Below are positions 1-12,132 of a DNA stretch of 64,000 nucleotides, piece by piece; position 1 is the first letter of the stretch; each line of letters starts with the position of its first letter. A program made the translations under genes and the position numbers. The DNA comes from Mobula hypostoma (taxonomy: Eukaryota): NCBI RefSeq assembly GCF_963921235.1, contig NC_086108.1, positions 33,420,001-33,484,000 of the forward strand, written 5' to 3'. The notes under the pieces were generated by a model, which was not told where the DNA came from, did no database searches, and was given only the letters and a program-made list of their open reading frames with translations.

Positions 1-290
1 TTTCTATTTTTTTTCTTTTTCATGACTTTTCTTCAGTTATTTTTGTCCTGTATCATCTCAATGTGTACTTAAGAATGTATAAATAATTGTAGTTTTATAC
101 ATATAAAAAAATGGAAAAGGTTATATGTGTGAAAAAAGTACATGATAATTGTGAATTCCTTATCCAAATAAAAATAAAATTTAAAAAAAATACTCATTTT
201 AAGTACAACAATGTATCTCCTACTATTGGTATTATTGCTATGTTATGTTCTAACTTCATGAAACTAATAAAAAGATTGAAAAAGAAAGAA
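1..290 (+). mobile_element. Two LINE-type 3' tails (L1/Tx1-like)
   Basis: AATAAAAATAAAATTTAAAAAAAA at about 166-190 and AATAAAAAGATTGAAAAAGAAAGAAAG at about 267-292, each after AT-rich UTR-like sequence. Confidence 0.4.
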
Positions 291-527
291 AGGAAGGGGG
301 AAGACGGCAGAATAAAAAGGAAGTGGGAGGGGAAGGAGGATAGCTAGAAGGTGATAGGTGAAGTCAGGCAGGTGGGAAAGGTAAAGGGCTGGAGAGGAAT
401 CTGATAGGAGCAGAGAGTGGACCATAGGAGAAAGGGAAGGAGTAGAGGACTGAGAGGGAGGTGATAGGCAGGTGACCAGAGGTAGGAGGCCAGAGTGGGG
501 AATAGAAGACGAGGGGAGGAGGGAAAT

Positions 528-1135
528 CATCAACCTCCCCCCATGCACAAAAAAAACAAATCACACAAATGGCAACAGGAACATCAACCGCCCCATTCAC
601 CAAAACCAAATTGCACAAATAACAAGTACATCAACTACCCCTCCGCCCACACAAAAAGACAAATCACAAAAATGGTAACAAAAACACCAACCCCCTCATG
701 CACAAAAAAAATGACAAAAATAGCAACAGGAACATCATCTGCCCCAAGCACAAAAAAAACCCAAATTGCACAAATGGCAATAAGAACATCAACCCCCCCA
801 TCACACAAAGAAAATAAATCACACAAATGGCAACAAGAACATCAAACACCCACGCAAAAAAATCACACAAGAGGGAATAAAAACATCAAACCCCCATGCA
901 AAAAAACAAATCCCACAAATAGCAATGAGTACATCAACACCACCACACGCAGAAAAGCAAATCACACAAATAGCAACAAGAACATCAGCTGCCCCATGCA
1001 CAAAAAAGAATCACACAAAGAGAACAAGTACATTAACCCCCCACATGTAAAAAAAACAAATCACACAAATGGCAACAAGAACATCAACACCCCCCCCCAT
1101 GCACAAATAAAGACGTCCCACAAATAGCAACAAGA
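528..1135. repeat. Minisatellite, 12 diverged units of about 45-56 bp
   Basis: Repeating CATCAAC(C)nCATGCACAAAAAAACAAATCACACAAATGGCAACAAGAA. Confidence 0.9.
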
Positions 1136-1321
1136 TAGAATGAGCAAAAACATAGAAAATAAAACACAAAAATTGAATTCCATATTCATTTCAGCTCAGT
1201 GTTCTTTAGTCCAATCCACAAACCGGCGATCCAGAACTTCAGCACCATCCTCCGACCGCATTGGGGGACAGAGAATCCACTCGAACCAAGTGGCTTTCCT
1301 CTGGGAGCAGCGAGTGGGATG

Positions 1322-1379
1322 GAGAGTGAGAGGGAGAGACAGAGAGAGAGAGCGAGAGAGAGTGAGAGGGAGAGACAGA

Positions 1380-1410
<31 letters not shown>
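1322..1410. repeat. Imperfect (GA)n microsatellite
   Basis: gagagtgagagggagagacagagagagagag... Confidence 0.9.
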
Positions 1411-1411
<1 letters not shown>

Positions 1412-3744
1412 CCTTTCTCCAGCCGCGGCGAGCGAGAGGCTGGTAGTCAGCGCTGAACACCCGCTTGCCTTCCACACTCACTTCGATGTTTCAATCTTCC
1501 TTGATGATTTGATCAGTGAGATTGATAAGAAATGGTGTCAATCATGGGCTCACGTCCCATCCCTAAGTTTCTCGGCCTCAAGGCCATTCGCGTACCGGAA
1601 CCTCCTCGGAGACGGCAAAGTGACAGATCACTCCATCATCCCGAAAACCCACCATTGAACTGTAGATGACAGGCTCCAGCAGTACCAGAGCCACATTTAA
1701 ATAAAAAAAGAAGCAAAAGAGACAATCTCATGGGCCATCTGGAGAGAGTTGCTGTGGTAGTGTTGTTTGCTGGTGCTATCTTCTCTTAACTATCTTCTAT
1801 GCTATCAATCTATTGTACGAGCATTTTTATTTATTATGCTCACATACGAGTCTTCCTGATTTTGGCACTGAAATCCAAGGTGTCTGAGGTATGGACTGAT
1901 GGGACCACCCATGGCTTCCTCTGTGCCTGTGCAGATCAGCATTGCAGCCAGGTTGACTTGAAATTCCTCTCATTACTATTTGTCACTGCACAATTTAGCA
2001 ACCCAGCAGAGAAAAAAAATAATGCTGAATTCAAAGATGTCAAAACAATCATCTGTTTGCAATTACTGTTGTTCTTGCTTTTCTGATTAATTTAGCAACT
2101 CATTTGGGTCATTGAAAAATGTAGTCACAGACAAAAACATTGCAGGTGTAAATATTTGGAAACTCTAATTGAACAATTTGATTGGTCAGATTAGCCTGCA
2201 TGTATTCTCGAAATATGCATGGATCTCAAGTAACTTCTTGTACTGGCAAATTTCTGAAAGGCTTCTTTAGGTCTTTGTTACCTTAAAAGTTGACTGTTTA
2301 AGTGCTCTTTTGGTCAGCTGCCCGCTTAAATCTTCTACTCACCAAAATCATGACTGCCTACCATCCATCTCACATCAAGTCCAGTTCTTAACTTTCTTGA
2401 CTACTATGGCTCCAGGTCTGGAAACTCAGTTCCAAAATTCCCACCCTTGAGATCACATTTCATTATTGATTTACTCCTTACCATTGCTGTAATCTTCTTT
2501 AGTCCTATAACTTTTAAGTTCCTCTGCTCCATCAATTGCTGACACATGGCCCTGAGGTTCTGGAATTCCCTTCCTAAAACTCCCTAATTCAAACAGTTTC
2601 CTCCTCTTTTAGGTCCTTCCTTAAAACAGAATCTTTTTACCAAACTTTTGGTGATACATTAATATATGGCTTGCAGTGATATTGCTCTTGTGAAATGCCA
2701 AGGAACATCTTATATTTTCTCTTGTGTGATATGTCATATGGTGAAGGATTCTTACTTTGGTTTCAGAATCAGAATCAGGTTTATTATCTCTGGCAGATGT
2801 TGTGGAATTTGTTGTTTTGGGGCAGCAGTAAGTGCAAGACATAAAAAATTACTGTAAGTTACAAGATGAAATCTAAAAAATAAATAAATAAAACAAAAAG
2901 AGAGCAATTAATAAGGCACAATCACAGGCCTGTTAATTGGTATTTAGTAACAATATAATAAAACTGGTGTAATAAATCTGGTGCGACACCAGATCTATTG
3001 TCGCTAAAAGCAATACTGTCTTGCTCGAGAAGGAACTGTTAGTACGATAGGAGGTTTATCAGTAGAATTTAATGATCCTGAAAGTAAGAAGAATCTGTAC
3101 TTGTTTTACAACTTATAGTTTAAAGCATGGATAATCTTGGCAAGAAATTAAGAGAAATCATAAAAGGACATTTTCTACCCAGCAATCTGCAACGTGGTTT
3201 CTTTATGCTTTGAACAATGCTTTGGTCCAGTTCATTTCAGGCTGTTTCAACATGCTTCACAACATCATATGATTAATCTTTAAATAAGATCTCCTACGCT
3301 CAGTTAATGCTATACTGAATTAATTATTTTTCTCCAATTCCTCTTGGACATTATGATTGAATCACAGCCACTCTTTCAATACCAATTACCTTAATAGTAA
3401 TTTAAATTATATTGTCTTAATCCTCATTTGTAGCTTTGCAACATTCACAATATTAATTATATTTATACTTTTTTGTAATGATATACAGTAACTTGATTAT
3501 TTTTTTCTCCTATTTTACGAACAATTGACAATAGGTAAAACTGAAAACAATATTACAATAAGCACAAAAACAACTCTGATTTACTCCATTTTAAAATTTA
3601 AATTAATTTCTGATACCTTTATTACTTTATTTTAAATAATTTATATAAGCCACATATATAATGTGTGGGAAATTCTGTCATTGAAAGGATACATAACTTT
3701 ACAACTTCTAATACCCATGAATTATGAAGTCTACCTTCTGGTAT

Positions 3745-6723
3745 TGTCCTGGGTATGACTCTAAACTGCAACCGGTTATGAGGCTCTGATTGGGGACTTC
3801 CAGAGCTTTGGGGAAAGTGGAGTTACCTCTTAGTTATTCATTGCTCCCAGGGCCGCTCTGACCCAGAGCGATAGCACCTGCAAGAGTTTCTGCTCAGGAT
3901 ACGAGCAAAGGCCAACAGCAGATCCGGCAAGTTCAGTAACTGAACTTATGACGGAGAAGGCGGATGAGCTAGGACCTGAAATGTCAACGGCTATAGTACA
4001 GGCGGATGAACACTTGGGAAGAGAAATGGCGATTTCTTTAGTTTGCCGGACGGTAGGCAACAGCAAACCACCGTTGCTAGATACTAGGTTTCCCAGAATT
4101 TATTTGCAAAGAAAACCATGGTCAAACTCACAAAATGTATCGCACAACAACAGCATCAAGAGGATCTTCAAGACAATACTGAGGATGCTTCGCTTGGTAG
4201 GGTTGATTCTGGTCAGCAGGAGATCCCCGACTGTCATCAAGCTACTGCTCATAAAATTCAAGTAAAACAAAAGAAAATTATTGCCACTTGGAATGTAAGA
4301 ACCCTATATCAAGCAGGAAGATTGGACAATGTGATAAATGAAATGGAACGACTAAAGATCAACATCATGGGAATTAGTGAAGTTCGTTGGATAGGTGATG
4401 GAACATGTCAGAATAGAGATAAAACACTAATTTATTCTTGTGGAACATCCCATACTAGTGCAGTAGGAATCCTTATGGATGAAAACATGGCAAAAAGTGT
4501 TTTAGGACTGAGCAATATCAGAAAAGATCCTAGATGAAGATTCGAAAGACCTCCGCCTAATCAGAAATCTGTACTGGGAACAAACTGCCGCTGTAAGAAT
4601 AGATGGAGAAGTGAGTCCGTTTACGAAAATCAAGGGAGGCATTAGACAAGGGTGTGTTTTCTCCCCTGATTTATTTAATGTGTACAGTGAAACAATACTA
4701 CAAAAAATAGGAGACATCTTGGGAATCAAAGTTGGCGGTGAAAACATCAATAATTTCAGATATGCACTGTGTTAATTGCAAGTACGGAGGAAGAATTGCA
4801 AAACTTAATTGATATAGTTGTTGAAGAAAGTGCAAAAATGGGTCTATCTATGAATTGCAAAAAGACAGAATGTATGGTGATATCAAAAAAGATGGAGAAT
4901 CCTATCTGCAAGCTGAGAATAAATGGGGAAGATATAAAACAAGTACAGAACTTTTGTCACTTAGGAAGCTGGGTGACGTCAGATGGCAGGTGCGACATGG
5001 ACATCAAAAGAAGAATAGGGATGGCAAAAGACACCTTTATGAGAATGAAGAGTATACTGACCAATACTAAACTAGGCATGACAACCCACCTCAGAGTACG
5101 AAATGTTACGTTTATCCAGTTAGATTAGATTAGATTATGAGGACACACAGTCCTCTTTTATTGTCATTTAGTAATGCATGCATTAAGAAATGATACAATG
5201 TTCCTCCAGAATGATATCACAGAAACACAAGACAAACCAAGACTGAAAAACTGACAAAAACCACATAATTATAACATGTAGTTACAACAGTGCAAAGCAA
5301 TACCGTAATTTGATAAGAACAGACCATGGGCACGGTAAAAAAAAGTCTCAAAGTCTCTTGAAAGTCCCATCATCTCACGCAAATGGTAGAAGGAAGAAAA
5401 ACTCTCCCTGCCATGAGCTTCCAGCACCGCAAACTTGCCGATGCAGCACCCTGGAAGCACCCGACCACAGCCGACTCTGAATCTGTCCTAAAACTTCAAG
5501 CCTCCGAACAGCGCTCCGACACCGAGCACCGAGCACCATCTCTGCCGAGCGCTTCGATCCCGACCCCGGCAACAGGCAATAGACAAAGCCGAGGATTTGG
5601 ATCCTTCCCCTTCAGAGATTCTCAATCGCATAGTAGCAGCAGCAGCGAAGTGGGCATTTCAGAAGTTTCTCCAGATGTTCCTCCATGCTTCTCACATCAG
5701 TCTCCATCAAATCAGAATTGTGCACGGTATGTGCTTACAAATACGATATCATTTAGGAGCAGCCGCGTGCTCTGTGTCACGCTGCCATCTTCTCCTCCCC
5801 TCTAAAGAGCAGACCATGGGCACGGTAAAAAAAAGTCTCCAAGTCCTGATAGACTCATCATCTCATGCAGGTGGCAGACGGGAGGAACTCTCCCTGCCAT
5901 GAACCTCCAAGCACCACGAACTTGCCGATGTAGCACCATTGGAAGCACCCGACTGCAGCGGACTCTGAGTCCGTCCGAAAACTTCGAGCCTCCGACCAGC
6001 CCCTCTGACACAGCCTCTCCGAGCACCATCCTCTGACGAGCGCTTCTACCCCGCCCCGGCCGCCGAGCAACAAGCAAAGCCGAGGACTCGGGGCCTTCCC
6101 CACCGGAGATTTCGGACCACACAGTAGCAGCAGCAGTGAAGCAGGCATTTCAGAAGTTTCACCAGATGTTTCTCCGTGCTCTCATGTCCATCTCCATCAA
6201 ATCAGGATTGCGCACGGCACCCTACTTGACAAATAACAAACATCACTACTGGAGTGGCCGCCGCGAGCTGCGTCGCGCCGTCATCTTCTCCTCCCGCTGT
6301 TGCTTTTTTTTATATGGCTCAGAATGTTGGACAATATCTAGTAACATGAGGAAATGAATTGAAGCAGCAGCAATGTGGTTTTTGAGGAGGATGCAGAGAA
6401 TATCATGAATGAAACGAGTATCTAACGAGGATGTCATGAACAGAGCAAACACAAAAAGAGAAATAATGTGTGAGATCATGAAAAGGCAATGTAACTTCAT
6501 TGGACATGTGATTAGGAAAGAGGAGTTAGAATGCATGGTAATTATGGGAAAGATTGAAGGGAAGAAAGCAAGAGGAAGACAATGACAAATGATGATGGAG
6601 ACAGCAGCCAGAGAACTGGAAATGAATACCAATTAATTGATCCACTTGACCCAAAATAGGAGTGTGTGGGCCATGGCAGTCAAAGCTCAAACTGGGCATG
6701 GCACCTGATGATGATGATGATGA
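3745..6723 (+). mobile_element. RTE-clade LINE, internally deleted and interrupted by an insertion at about 5121-6300
   Basis: 5' UTR, then endonuclease start IATWNVRTL...GISEVRW. RT motifs LRLIRNLY, GIRQGCVFSPDLFN, INNFRYA. After the insertion: LYGSECWT, GHVIRK, GKIEGK, and a (TGA)n 3' tail at about 6706-6723. Confidence 0.9.
5121..6297 (-). mobile_element. Two tandem copies of a non-autonomous retroposon-like repeat (family A)
   Basis: Units 5121-5803 and 5806-6297 each begin on the minus strand with GGGAGGAGAAGATG. The 3' end reads AATAAAAGAGGACTG...(AATCT)n. Homologous to 11608-13912 and 29971-30622. Confidence 0.8.
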
Positions 6724-6742
6724 CCGGCTGGTAGCATTATTA

Positions 6743-7257
6743 AGGCTGATTTACACTTCTGCATCAAATGGACGCCGTAACCTACGCAAGTGGCCTACGT
6801 GCGTTGTGAGCACTTATACTTGTGTGTTGGTGTGTCTGCATCGCTCTGCAATTCGAGCACGTTGTGCATGCACACACACCTGCCAGTGCAAGGCTTCATG
6901 GTCATGGTAGTCTTTCTTGGGGTGAACAAGTTTAAAGCGAGCGTCTTTTTTCGTAAAAGCGAAATGTGTCCTCCATAATTTTGGAAGTTTATAAAGCTTT
7001 ATGGAAAGCATTTCAGCCAGAGTTCCTTCCCTGCCCTTCGGTCATCCAGTGGGAAGCTATTGCAGCGTAGGAGGAAATGTGATGCTACCAAGAGGACCAA
7101 TCACAGTTGCTGCGGTCTGCGTTACCACGACGCGTAGTTACGTTTTGGGAGAGGTGCGCATCAGGCTACAGCATAGGCGTCCGTGTAGGCTCTGCATAGG
7201 GTTTGCGGCAATGCTGTACCTACAGCATTGATTTGACGCAGAAGTATAAATCAGCCT
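6743..7257. mobile_element. PIF/Harbinger-type MITE
   Basis: 27-bp TIRs (AGGCTGATTTAYACTTCTGCRTCAAAT, 25/27 match) at 6743-6769 and 7231-7257; TTA target duplication at 6740-6742 and 7258-7260. Confidence 0.88.
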
Positions 7258-7479
7258 TTACAAGATAACTTTTAACCCAAGCACTGTCAGGCGACAGAAA
7301 ACTTTCTCTGTTGTTTTACGTAAATAAAGATTCCATCCAGGATTATTCAGGCCAATTGTGGTGCCGTGGCTTTAAAAGCCAGAAGAAAGTGAAAGTTCTA
7401 CACATTTTTGAAATGGAGGGTGGGAATAAACTGAGAAAAAATAGGTATAGATGGCTCAGTTATCAGTATATTAGAAGAT

Positions 7480-8420
7480 GTTGATCAAGTTTAATGGCAC
7501 ACCCAATGCCTCATCATCTTTTACACCGCTATCAAATCACCTCTCATCCTTCTTCTCTCCAGAGAGAAAAACACTTAACTCACTCAAACTTTCCTCAAAA
7601 GCTATGTCCTCTAATTCAGGCAGTGTCCTGGCAAATTTCCACTGCGCCCTCTCTAAAGCTTCCATATTCTTCTCATAAGATCAGATCTGAACACAACACA
7701 AAGTGTGGTCTTACCAGAGTTTTATAGAGCTGCAATATTAACTCTTGACTTCAATCCCCCAACAAATGAGGCCAGCACACTAGATGCCTCCTTAACCATC
7801 GTATCAACTCAAAGATCCCTTTGTTCCTCTACACTGCTAAGAACCTTGTGCTCTTCCATCAAGTTCCATCTTCCAAAGTGTATTAATTCACAGTTTTCCA
7901 GATTGAACATCTGCCATTTCTCCACCCAACTCTGCATCCTGTCTATACTTTATTTAAACCTCTGACAACCTTCCAGACTATCCACAATACCATCAACAAA
8001 CTACAAACTTACTAACCCATGCCTCCACCTCCTCATCCAAGTCACTTCACTTACAAAAATCACAAAGAACAGCAGTTGCAGTACTGATGCCTGTGGAACA
8101 CCACTGGTCACCGATCTACAAGCAGAGTACACTCTATCTACTACCACCCTCTGCTATCTGTGGACAAGCCAGTTTCCCATGGCTCCCTTGCTTCATAACT
8201 TCCCGGTTGATCCTTGCTAAAATCCATACATTCCACATTTACCACTCTACTTTCGTCAATTTATTTTGCCAACCCCTCGGAAAACCCAATTAGACTCATG
8301 AGACATGAACCGTCCCTCACAAAGCCCTGATAACTACCCCTAATCAGACTATGCTTCTCCAAATGCTTGTATATCCTGTCCCTAAGAATTGTCTCCAAAA
8401 TTCTGCCTTTCACTGCCTTT
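7480..8420 (-). mobile_element. Degraded CR1 RT/C-terminal fragment
   Basis: The reverse complement resembles CR1 ORF2 (SGVPQ, KWQMFN, SVEEQRDL, LYKTLVRPH). Confidence 0.7.
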
Positions 8421-9989
8421 CAGTGAGGCTCTGTATGCAGGAATATGGACCACCATTGCTGTCCACTCCATTGACTGCGATGAAATAGAGTATTTAATCA
8501 TCAATTTATGCCCAAGTCCATGTATAATGGCAACACCCTAAATGTCACAATTTACCACAAGTGTTTACTTCGGACATTTGAGAGACTTAACGTGTACCCA
8601 ATTTTTTTTTGTCGTTAGCATGAGATAAATTGATATAACTTAGTCATTCATGGGAAGCAAGTACTTTAAAGGCAAGGCTAGAATTTACTTTTTATTCCTG
8701 CTTAAGTCCTGAAACTGGGAGCACAACTAACATCACCATATTGGTGGGTCTGGAGTCACAACTGATTAATAGGCCAGACCAAGTAAGGATAATACCATTC
8801 TTTTTCTGAAACACAGAAACAGTTTGGTAGTTTGCTGGTCACTTTAACTGACAGAAAAGTTATTTCATATTTTTGTAATTACGTGAGGGATTTGAACTGT
8901 GTCTCCAGATCAGTAAATAGGGACTCAGAGTACCAAAGCAGTGATTTAATCATGGCTCCCTTGTACACCACCCAATATATCTTGTCAAATGATTATGAAG
9001 CTTTTCCCAATGCTCGACCTCCTATCACCGCGTCTCTTTCTCTTCATTGCACATAAAGCCATTTAAGTTGCTTGCAAAGTTTAAGTAAGTCTCAGCTGCA
9101 TCTCCATTGCCTGTGATACCCTAGCCTGGCTTGCATTATTTCAGTGTGCTAATCTGGCACCACGTGATTTGTTTTGCCGTCTACAATTTGCACTTATAAA
9201 CTTTAATCTGATAGAAATAGTCCAGTTTTGAGGCTGAAATTAATGGCAGGAGTCACAATCATACCACTTTAGTGCAAGATTAGGACCCCTAAGCACACTC
9301 TTCGAATATCTGAAAAAGAAGGTTTCAACCAACAATGGCTTTCAAGTTTATAATATTGCGAATTAGTACATGAATATACTGTTCCCAGTCACTAGAGTGC
9401 TGTGCATAAAATTTTCTCACCTCATTTTTATTCAAGAAGTGAGTGACAGAGGGAGGACTTTTATGCAACATTCATGCTCTTCGAACAGGTTTTCAGTAGC
9501 CAGCTGCTAGGTGAAAGAGATCAGAATGTTCCAGCACAATATTTACTGACCAACTGGTCAACAGTAACCATGGAGATCAATACATCTGCACAATGATTAA
9601 GTGTCCCTCTAATGTTTTAGAAGTTCAGGCTTGAAAGAATAGCTTTAATTTTGCAAATAAGCTACTCTAATATTGAAAATGTAAAATGTATTTTACAAAG
9701 TAATTAATTTCTCAAAATATAATATCAAATTTTTCACAGGTTGTTTTTGTTTAGATTGGTTTGCTCAAGAACAATGTGAAAAATGGAAGCGGCCACACAC
9801 GGTGCAGTTAACAATAATTGCGAAAATTCTAAAGCTGAGCTCATGTGTATGCATGACATTCTTCCACTTGATGGAGATATTGATCTTTTTATATAATTTA
9901 TTATATTTTCTTGGAAGAAAGCCCATTTGACCCTTTGTCCATGTCGCCTACGCACTCCCTTATTTTCAGTTGACCTATTCTCTTTCAAA

Positions 9990-10195
9990 AAAAACTCTTC
10001 AACTCCCCCTGATTCTCTTACCACTCAACTATGCCGGGGTAATCTATGGTGGGCAATTAACCTACTTACCGGCGCATCTTTGGGACATGGGAGGAACCTA
10101 GAGGATTGGGAAACTGCAAACCCGAGACAGATAGCAGGAGATCTGGACTGAACGCGAGTAGCTGGACATGTAAGACAGCAGCACCACGGTGCCGA
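9990..10195 (-). mobile_element. Degraded HE1/V-SINE-like SINE
   Basis: The reverse complement begins GGCACCGTGGTGCTGCTGTCTTACA and contains CTCCCATGTCCCAAAGA..GTAGGTTAATTG. Confidence 0.55.
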
Positions 10196-10882
10196 TAGTG
10201 GCTCAGACTTCGGGGCAGTAATTAGGTTGTATTATTGTCGCTTCTGCTCATGTATAACTCGCCCCTGATACTGACCTCCCTCAACCACTGAAGGGTACTT
10301 GGGGCACATGGCCTATTAACTGAGAGGTGCTTGCAGTATCACAGGTGAAGTTTGTGTTGGTTGAGTGAATTTCAGTAACGTGCTGCTGTTATGATGCAAC
10401 TTGACCTAGTTTCCCCATGTACCAGGTAATTTGCTCACTGGTGTATCCAGTGCATCAGCTGCTCTCAGTTCAGCTGAGCTGGGAGGTGCTGAACTAACTT
10501 CAAAGCTTGCTTGTTTCAATCTGGCTAACTACTGTACCCAGAGTGGACCTAAGCCATTCAGATGAGGAAGGATTCAATTCTCCTTCCTCTTCGTGAATCT
10601 CAGCCAGAACAGGAGTGAAAAGGATTGCTTCAGCCCAGGCTTTCCACCGCTGACCATGAGCTAATGAGTGTGTGCATATGTTGATTTTGGGTGAGGATAA
10701 GTTCCAAGCTTCAGACAAACAAAAAAGCTACTAATGATTTGCTTAACTCATCTAGTCTAGGGTCATACACTTGACAAAGTTACAGGAAACGCAGCCAGCA
10801 TTTGTTAAGAGAAGTGTTGTGATCCAGAATGCGTAGCTTAAAGGACTGGTGGAAGATGATTTAATAAAGCTTGAATTATGTA

Positions 10883-11416
10883 CAGTACTGTCCAAAAGTC
10901 TTATGCACATATAAAGCTAGGGTGTCTGAGACTTCTACTTAGTACTGTAGTAATTTTACGAATTGCACTGTACTGCTGCTTCACGAAAAAAGACATATTT
11001 CTTGACATATGTGAGTGATGATAAATCTGATTCTGATATGGGTCTCTGTTGTGGATTGAGAGTGGGAAAGGGGCAGGGAGAGGGGAATCATGGTTGGGAA
11101 AAATGGAAGGGAGAGGGGAGAGAGTGGGAATCACTAGAGAGACATCCTGTAATGATCAATAAACCAATTGTTTGGAATCAAATGACCTTGCCTGGTGTCT
11201 CAGTGCTGGGTGTGTCAATCCCCCTACCCCTGGCAATTCTTCACTGCCACCTGCCCCATGCCCCTCCCATGGCTTCCCACCTTTGTCCTTCACAACATCT
11301 TTGCTCCAACCAGTTTACAAACTTGCTATCTGCTCCATGTTTTAAAATAAAATACTACACAAACATCTCAGGCACCCTAGCTACATATCTGTGCTTAAGA
11401 CTTTTGCACAGTGCTG
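10883..11416. mobile_element. Tc1/mariner-type composite MITE
   Basis: TA|CAGTACTGTCCAAAAGTCTT ... AAGACTTTTGCACAGTGCTG|TA, with inverted arms of about 65 bp. Confidence 0.8.
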
Positions 11417-12132
11417 TAGTTAGCAGTGAAACCAAGACTTTACCATTAAGCTTAACAGAATCTCCTCACAGAGATCCAGGCACCTCTGAGGGACTGTTTC
11501 TCATTACTTAGGTTGATTGATGACGTATCAAAAGGAATGCCCCATGTCCAACAACCATGATGTCTTCAAACCTGACAATCATCTTGAAAAATGAAGATTT
11601 TGAAGAATGCAGCTTGCAGCGGCCACTCCGGTGGTGATGTCTGTTATTTGTCAAGTAGGGTGCCATGCACAATCCTGATTTGATGGAGACGGACGTGAGA
11701 GAATGGAGGAACATCTGGTGAAACTTCTGAAATGCCTGCTTTGCTGCTGCTGCTACTGTGTGGTCCAGAATCTCCGGAGGGGAAGGCCCCAAGTCCTCGG
11801 CTTTGCTTGTTGCTCGGCGGCCAGGGCAGGGTCGAAGCGCTCGGCAGAGGATGGTGCTTGGTGTCGAAAGTCTGGTCGGAGGCTCGAAGTTTTCGGATGG
11901 ACTCAGAGTCCGCTGCAGTCGGGTGCTTCCAGTGGTGCTGCATCGGCAGGTTTGTGGCACTTGGAGGTTCATGATGGGGAGAGTTTCTCCCTTCTACTGT
12001 CTGCGTGAGATGATGAGGCTATGGGGACTTTGAGACTTTTTTTTTACCATGCCCATGGTCTGCTCTTTATCAAATTACGGTATTGCTTTTCACTTTTGTA
12101 ACTATATGTTATATAATTATGTATATAATTAT

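Larger units (their letters stand above)
528..1785 (-). mobile_element. Non-autonomous repeat (family B) carrying the minisatellite and a GA microsatellite
   Basis: Shares CCTTCCAC..TTCGATGTTTCAATC and its 5' start with the reverse complement of 55841-56766. Confidence 0.6.

Noticed and set aside
495..1127. 210-aa K/N/H/T-rich ORF
   Set aside because: It is a translation of the minisatellite; the stop-poor A/C-rich strand explains its length.
528..1135. CRISPR-like spacing of repeats
   Set aside because: The whole unit is repeated and diverged, there are no unique spacers or cas genes, and the context is eukaryotic.
5383..6148. Overlapping 100-140 aa ORFs in family A repeats (also 11508-12033 and 30133-30544)
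   Set aside because: Frames are not conserved among copies; this is GC-rich non-coding repeat.
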